The position numbers were made by a program, and so were the translations under genes. A stretch of DNA of 64,000 nucleotides from Amoebophrya sp. A120 (taxonomy: Eukaryota > Protista > Dinoflagellata). Positions within the stretch are counted from its first letter, which is position 1, and the number at the start of each line of letters is the position of its first letter. Positions 57,713 through 64,000 of this stretch are shown in pieces. Under the pieces are notes generated by a model, which saw only the letters and a program-made list of their open reading frames with translations, was not told the origin of the DNA and made no database searches. Location: the NCBI GenBank assembly GCA_905178155.1, contig CAJINV010000002.1:9926650-9990649 (forward strand), in the 5' to 3' direction.

Positions 57713-60700
57713 CTATGCCTTCGCGATCGCCTCGCCGGTAGGGAGCTGCGCCAGAATCTCTTCGACGGACTGTTCCAGCTGACTTGACCTGGGAGGCAGG
57801 TCGTCCTTGCTCTGCAGCACGTCGGGAATCAGCTTGCGGCACTTGTCCAGGTCCCGCTCTGCCGCGGCACGCAGGTATTCCGTAGAGAGCCGGTCGTCCG
57901 TGAAGGACGTCGTGTTGCTGCTTGCCATAATGTTGATCATTGCCGTGTGAACAAAGGACCAAAGGTGCTCTGCTTTCGGGTTCAAGACCAGGGAGGAAAG
58001 GTAGAACCTGTGTGGAGTGAGGGTCAACATTTTTTTATTTTTTCCTAATTTCTTCCTTCAAAACAGGAGCGACGATACCAGACTGCAGATGCGGGCAATA
58101 AAAGTTGCAGAGCCAAAACGTCGCAAAAATCATATTACGGCTATTTACAATAAATGTCTACCTTGCCGCGTCTTCGTGGTGGCCAATGTTGGAGTTTGCT
58201 ATTGCCAAGTTGCTCCAGGTTCGCGCGTAGTTCGGTTTCAGCGACAGGGCCTGGTGGTAGCAGAGCTGCGCCGCCTCTGAGTTTCCGCTATTGGCCAGCG
58301 TGGCGCCGAGCTTGTTCCAAATAGAAAAATCGAGCGGCGAGCGCCGCACGGCTTCCCGCAGGGCTTCGACGGCTTGGCCGAAGTTGCGCGACACGTTCTC
58401 GACCACGCCAAGCGCGACGAACACCTGCGCTTCCTGCTTGTTCGCCTCCGCACTTTGCTGTTCCCCGGCCGTTCCGCCCGCTCGTGCCAAAATCGAGTCC
58501 GCGGCGCTGTGGAGCAAGCTGGACACTTCGCCACGGAGTTTTTCGAAATCGCTGAGGTCCAACAGGTCCGCGGCGTCGGGCTTGGACGAGCTCGACGGTT
58601 TTTCGTGGACCAGGTGCCCGTAGTCCTCGTGGGATTCCACCCACTTGTACAGGTAGCGCAACGCCTCAACCTGGTCCAGCTCGTTCGTGCAAGAAACGCC
58701 CAGCTGGAGAAGGGAGTCCAGGTTGTAACTGTGGGTTGTCGATTGTTTAGCAATTAATTTTGTCTGATCTGCAGCACGGTGCGGTCTATCTCCACGACAG
58801 GCAATGAAGTAGATATACATAAGTAGAAACGACTTCAACATTGGTACGACGCAAAGTATACTAGACCGAAACAACAAGGGGATCGAAAATGATTGAATCA
58901 AGATTCAAAAACATACGGGTCAGCTTCGTGTCCCTTGACGAGGCATTTTATGGCTTCTATGTCTTGATCCAGGTTTGCGTACAGCTGCCCGAGCAAACAC
59001 CAGCCTTCACTGCTGTCGGCGTTGCGCTGCACCTCGATCTCCAGCACCTGTATGGCCTCCTGGTCCTTGCCCTCCGCGATGAGTTTCAGAGCCAGTTCCA
59101 TAGGCGACTCGGGAGAAGGTACTGTTTGCCCCGCCGCCGCGGGACCGTCTATGGATTGTAAAAGTGTCTGGGTCTGGAAAATTGCAACTTGTCATGCTGT
59201 CTTTGGATCCCAAAAAAATCTGTATTGCGTGACCAGCAACAGGGGTCCAGTTTGTGTTACGCGGAGAGGGCATTTGTCATGCCGAATAGGCATCAGGAAG
59301 CCCTCTAAAAATCTGTGATGCTAGATCATGCATTACATGAATCATGGATCGATCATACAAAATATGCATCACAAATCCCGGAATCTTCCAGACCCAGACA
59401 TTTTTACATTTGATACCGTCGGCTGCCAGCGGAAACCTCTCCAAATACGGGTTGTTCTGCATGAAGGTGTATCTAATGCAAAAATGTCTGGGTCTACGTC
59501 TAGATTTGTCATGCATATTTCGGATCACGCAAACCAAATGGCGTCTGATGCAGGCAAAAGCATCACAGGTTTTGAGCACGCCTCACGATGCCTCTCCCGC
59601 ATGAGAAACTTCCTACTTGCATGCCAAGAAATGGACAGCTTTTGGCGCTCATGCAACACAAATTTTTGTGTGTTCCAGAGTTTGCATCACAAGTTCCAAC
59701 CCTTCCAGACCCAGACACTTTTACATTTGATAAGGTGTACTCGGAAATCTGCGACACCCCCGGGCCCCAAATGGTGGCTCCGGGGTCCTGCGGCTGCAGA
59801 GACTGCATGAAGGACTCTGGCGGCCCGTCGGCCGTCATCGCAGACTCGAACATGCTGGCGCCCATTTCCTCCTCCGCCGCGCGCCACGCCTCCTCGAACA
59901 TTTCCTCCGTGAACTGATCCGCCTGCATCAGCCCGTCTCCGGCCATTTCTGGCACATTCCCTGGGATCATTTCCTGAACCTCTCCGCCTGAATTTTTCAA
60001 GTTCGCAGTCGTGCTGTCCGCGTGCTGATTCGCGGCTTCCAGGTCGTACAGCGAGTCCCAATCTATTTCCAGTCCCTCGGCGTCGACGACAGTGTTTTCG
60101 CTGGTGAACTTCAGGTCTCCCTTAGTCACCTTGTCGATGAAGGACACGAACTGACTCGTGGCGAACTTGGGATTACCCGAGTTCCTTAGGTATTCCACCA
60201 TCTGCTCCGCCGCACTGAAATCCGTGGTTTGATTCCCGTCTACTAGCGGGCCCTGCGGACCGACCTCCTCCAGCGCGCCCCGCGTGCTCGACAGCCTCTC
60301 TGTGACCACCCCCGCGTCTGGGTCGGCGGGGAGCAGTTTTGAGCTCGCCGACGTGCTGGTGCTGCTCGAAGACGCTTGTTGGCCGGACGAGGTGACGCCG
60401 TCGCCGGCACGGAGGTCTTGCTGCTTGCTCCCGGAAGCGGACGACGAGGACTTTTGATGCGCCGCGTTGGATGACGTTATTGACCGGGACTGCGGGTGGT
60501 AATTCTGCAGGGGGTGCTGCTGCCCGCCCATGTAGGCGTTGTTGTACATCATCGGGCCGGCCATCGCGGGCATCATCATCGCCGGGGGCATCATCATCAT
60601 CGGTCCCCCCATGGCGGGCCCCTGCATTGCCATGGGATTGGCGGAGCTCATGGCAGCTGCAGCTCCCGCGGCGCCGAGGTGTTGCGGCAAGGCGTTGTTT

Positions 60701-61113
60701 TGCTGGAGCACCGCTGCGGACGGTGGCAGGGGGCCTCTGCTGGCCATCGCACCGCCGGCGCCCCACGCGCTCTCCATAGTACTTTCGGGATTCATCATCG
60801 GCCTGCTGCTGAGGCTGTGGTCCTGAGCGAAAAACTCCGGCGGCGGCAGCACCTGGTCTGGTCCCAGTGCCCCGGCACCGCCTGTAGCCATGTGCGCGCG
60901 AAACTGGTCCTGCAGGGTGGGTTGCGGCAGCCCGCCGCCCGGCTGCAGGGGGACGGGACCCATGCCGCCCGGCTGGGGAAACAGGGGCTGCGCCTTGTTG
61001 CCCGCGGCGAAGGGGCCGCCCGTCATGCTCTGCGCGAAGTTGCCGACGGCCGACTGCGGCAAACTGCCGTCGCAGTTCGCGGCCCCATTGCTGCCCAGCA
61101 AATCGCCCAGCAT
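57713..61113 (-). CDS. PEX5: Peroxisomal targeting signal 1 receptor
   Basis: N-terminal Cys (ANCDG), WxxxF/Y-like motif (WDSLY), NPKFATSQF, YTFMQNNPY and TPRs (WNKLGATLANS, ALSLKPNYAR.WSNL). Two introners. Confidence 0.93.
59150..59415. mobile_element. Introner (family A) in PEX5
   Basis: Family A TIR, DR ccgtc. Confidence 0.93.
59470..59732. mobile_element. Introner (family A) in PEX5
   Basis: Family A TIR, DR aggtg. Removal restores SEYTFMQNNPY. Confidence 0.92.
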
Positions 61114-61909
61114 GATAACTCCCCTTGGCGTCCGGAAAAGGGAAAGGCGAGTGCTCACGCAGAAAATAGCAGAGAGAGGGCCTTAGCCTTGTATCATCAC
61201 ATTATGTCGTTTTTAACATAAACCGGAGTAAAGTGTGTGCATGTGCTACTAGTAGTCTCAAGCGCATTACAACGTGCGGAAAAAACACCTCACAAAATTA
61301 ACTAGTACGCCAACCTGTGCTAGCAGCTACGCGATGAAGCTAAAAAGATTGTGCGGGTACAAGATACTCGAGTTGCTGAAATTGATGCCCACTAGTCGAA
61401 CTTGCTGAGTAAGTTCTACGTCGTTCGCCTCCAGACAAAACTAAAGCTACATGTAGATGTACGTTCGCACGCCAAAGATAAATGATCAAGCGCTGGATTG
61501 AAGTTTTCGCCTCAAACGCTGCGACGCAGGCATGCGAACCAGCAGAAAGCTTGTCACCATAGAGGAGCACGCTTTATCTATTCCGCGTTTGGCTTTGGAG
61601 ATATCAACATGGACATCGACATGCGCAATAAAGTTTCAAAAAAATAGAAAACCGACACTGCTACAAATTGCTTTTGCAAAATTTTCCTTCTCGTCTGGTT
61701 GTATTCCAAACTACTTCCGGCTCTGGCCGCACGAAAAAACGAACACATTCCGCTGCAGTGGATGCGAAGTAAAAGTGTAACTCCCACCTTGAAATAAATG
61801 GGGGAGATGATCAAGAATCCACGATCCTGAGAAACCTTTTCTACGAAATTCGTTTTGTATCGGGCTTGCGACTTACGTATCTTACTCTTAGTTTCTCTTT
61901 CTTATTTTG

Positions 61910-62365
61910 TGCAAAAAATAACAAATGCTTGCTTCGGGTTGCGCTTGCGCTTTCGAAATACCTGCAAAAAATAACAAATGCTCGCTTGAAATCAGGATGC
62001 TGATGTGCTGTAACAGGAAACAAAAAAAGCAACGAGGGCTACTCAAATAGCGAAATTGTGACTTGTCAGGGCTGACTGACGTCTGGATCATAAGGGGTAA
62101 AGAGGTGCGCGTTTTCGGAGGTAGCCATGAAAAAATAGCAGTTCAACAAAAAAAGTGCAAAAATGTGTCTGTTAAACACGTGAAATGGCAAGTGCGAATT
62201 CGAATCTGAAGATGATGATGATCATGTGCAAAAAATAACAAATGCTCGCTGAGGCGAGTTTGGATGTCAAAGTGTAAAAATGTGAAAAATACAAACGGTG
62301 CAAAAATGTAATGTCAGTGTGACTGTGCGAAGAAAATAATGTGCAAAAAATAACAAATGCTCGCT
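61910..62365. repeat. Four dispersed copies of the 24-mer tgcaaaaaataacaaatgct(c/t)gct
   Basis: Copies at 61910, 61963, 62227 and 62342. Confidence 0.85.
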
Positions 62366-62517
62366 GAAGACAAGAAATTGAAAGGAAAACTCTAAGAGAA
62401 ACTACGCAGTTATCCGCGCGCCTCAAGTACCGGAACGACAAAATAACTGCGGTTCTGACTCCAGGCTTCTCAAAAATCGTTTCGGAAAAAGCTATGATTC
62501 ATTTTCTCCAAAACAAC

Positions 62518-64000
62518 TCAGAAGTCGTACTGATCGTCGGCCTCCGCTTCCGCCATGTCTTGCACGATGTCCCGCGTGCGGAAATCGGTCATGGTGGGTG
62601 GCCCCTTGGCCTTGACAGGGTCGAAGTTAGGCTGCTTCGTCCAGAAGCCCGGGCGGTTTTTGCTGCCCGAGGAGGTCTTCAGGGAGAACATGGAGCGCCA
62701 GAAGGGGTGGTAGCCGTCCGCCTGTTCCACAACATCGTCGTCCGGGTGGATCTGGATGCGGAAAGCGTCCCGGCGGGTATCTTTATTCCCCGCCGCCATG
62801 CGGAGCTGCAGGTTCGGGCTGTAGTCCCGCTCCTCGGTTCGCTTCTTGGCGCCCAGCAGCCTCCGCCGCCGCTCGCGCTCCACGCTGGGCGAGGTGGGGA
62901 TCTCCTTGGCGCTGCTGTAGCCGCTGCTGGGCTGGTCCATGCTGCGGGCGATGCGGAGCGGGGACCGGCGGCCGGACTGCAGGTAATTCGGCTCGTTCGC
63001 AAAGTTGGGCGCCATCTCGCGCAGCGACCCCCGCTTCGGGATCGCCGGATACAGCTCGATTTCCGGCTTCGCACGACCGTCGACGGACCGCGAGGCGGTT
63101 TTGTCGCTCTTGCTGCTCGACAAAGTCGTGTTCGCGATCGAACCAATGCCGGTCGGATCCACGTGCACCAGGTCCCGGCGACCGCGGCCGTCGGACAGCG
63201 GCAGGATTCCGCCCCACGCGGGGTTCACCAAATTGGTTTTGTTTCCCGAGTTTTTCAGCCGCGCCTGCTCCCGCAGCTCGCGCTCGTGGTTGCGCATCTG
63301 GATGTGCTCCGTGAAGTTCCGCCGCACCGGCGACAGGTCCAGCCGCACTCCCGCCTGGTTCAGAGTGAAGTACTCCTTCGGCTCGCCGCCCCGCGTGCGC
63401 ACGCGCTTCTGCTCCGCGTGCTGCGTCAGAATCGCCTTGCCGCGCCGCTCCCAGTAGTACTGCTCGTACTCATTCACTTCGTCGTCCGTTTCCCCTAAAT
63501 CGATCTCGACCCGCCCTGTGTAGAAGTTCCTACCTGTCCCGCCAAGAAAGCGGTCGCTGCGCATCGTCGTGTTTGGAGAATTTGAATCTGAGCGCATAAA
63601 ATTGTTCTCCTGAGCAGGTCCTCTTCCTCCTCCACCTCCCGCCGCGGACTGGAACTCTCGATCCACCTGCGAGACGCCCGCGAAGAACTTCCCTTCATCC
63701 ATGGACGACCGGTCCCCGTCGGGGCTGGGACTGCGGTCCGTGAAGGACACCTCCGGGTCGCTGTGGTGGAATCTGCTGCGGAACTCGTCGTGGTGGTCCT
63801 CTTGGGAAAACGTCGAGTACAGATTGCTGTAGAACGACTGCTCGAAGCTGTTGTCAAAGTCGCTCGGGTCGCGCCGGCGGTCGGAGGAGAACTCGCCCTT
63901 GTCCACGTCGAAGAAGCCCTGTTGCGTCCGGATGAAGTCCGCATCGAACAGGGTCTTCTCCCTGCCGTGCTTCTTGTAGCGGTGCTTGCGCGTCTGGAAA
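62518..64000 (-). CDS. 3' part of an uncharacterised low-complexity protein (runs off the window)
   Basis: 462-aa ORF 62518-63906 with GC-rich coding-like sequence continuing to the window edge. Confidence 0.65.
   Translation of the reverse strand, partial: FQTRKHRYKKHGREKTLFDADFIRTQQGFFDVDKGEFSSDRRRDPSDFDNSFEQSFYSNLYSTFSQEDHHDEFRSRFHHSDPEVSFTDRSPSPDGDRSSMDEGKFFAGVSQVDREFQSAAGGGGGRGPAQENNFMRSDSNSPNTTMRSDRFLGGTGRNFYTGRVEIDLGETDDEVNEYEQYYWERRGKAILTQHAEQKRVRTRGGEPKEYFTLNQAGVRLDLSPVRRNFTEHIQMRNHERELREQARLKNSGNKTNLVNPAWGGILPLSDGRGRRDLVHVDPTGIGSIANTTLSSSKSDKTASRSVDGRAKPEIELYPAIPKRGSLREMAPNFANEPNYLQSGRRSPLRIARSMDQPSSGYSSAKEIPTSPSVERERRRRLLGAKKRTEERDYSPNLQLRMAAGNKDTRRDAFRIQIHPDDDVVEQADGYHPFWRSMFSLKTSSGSKNRPGFWTKQPNFDPVKAKGPPTMTDFRTRDIVQDMAEAEADDQYDF

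Noticed and set aside
14939-60061. Recurring short ORF peptides such as IKCKNVWVWK, QTQTFLHLI and NAKMSGSG
   Set aside because: These are translations of the family A introner TIR, not a protein family.

Overview
Gene-dense eukaryotic DNA, most consistent with an Amoebophrya-like syndinian dinoflagellate. That assignment is inferred from architecture, not from a marker gene. One + strand gene (inositol polyphosphate kinase) converges on a roughly 54 kb block of about 20 genes all on the - strand (FAD monooxygenase, PP2C, RRM protein, V-ATPase E, TMA7-like, FkbM-like methyltransferase, protein kinase, CIA2/MIP18, succinyl-CoA ligase alpha, PEX5 and unknowns). The AT-rich convergence zone holds an intact tyrosine-recombinase retrotransposon with split direct repeats (A1-gag-pol-YR-B1-A2-spacer-B2). 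Its gag and pol are in frame, separated only by a UGA-CUAG readthrough-type stop followed by a hairpin. Sixteen 177-323 bp introner-like elements (TAT...ATA ends, terminal inverted repeats, 5-bp direct repeats) interrupt coding exons. None can be removed precisely as a GT-AG intron, related copies lie in both orientations, and five different TIR families share an internal GCAWBACAAA-like motif. There is also a tandem array of five intronless ~500-aa paralogs with an integrase-repeat-like N-terminal module and MepB/PD-(D/E)XK-like domains. Exon boundaries and family assignments were made by eye.
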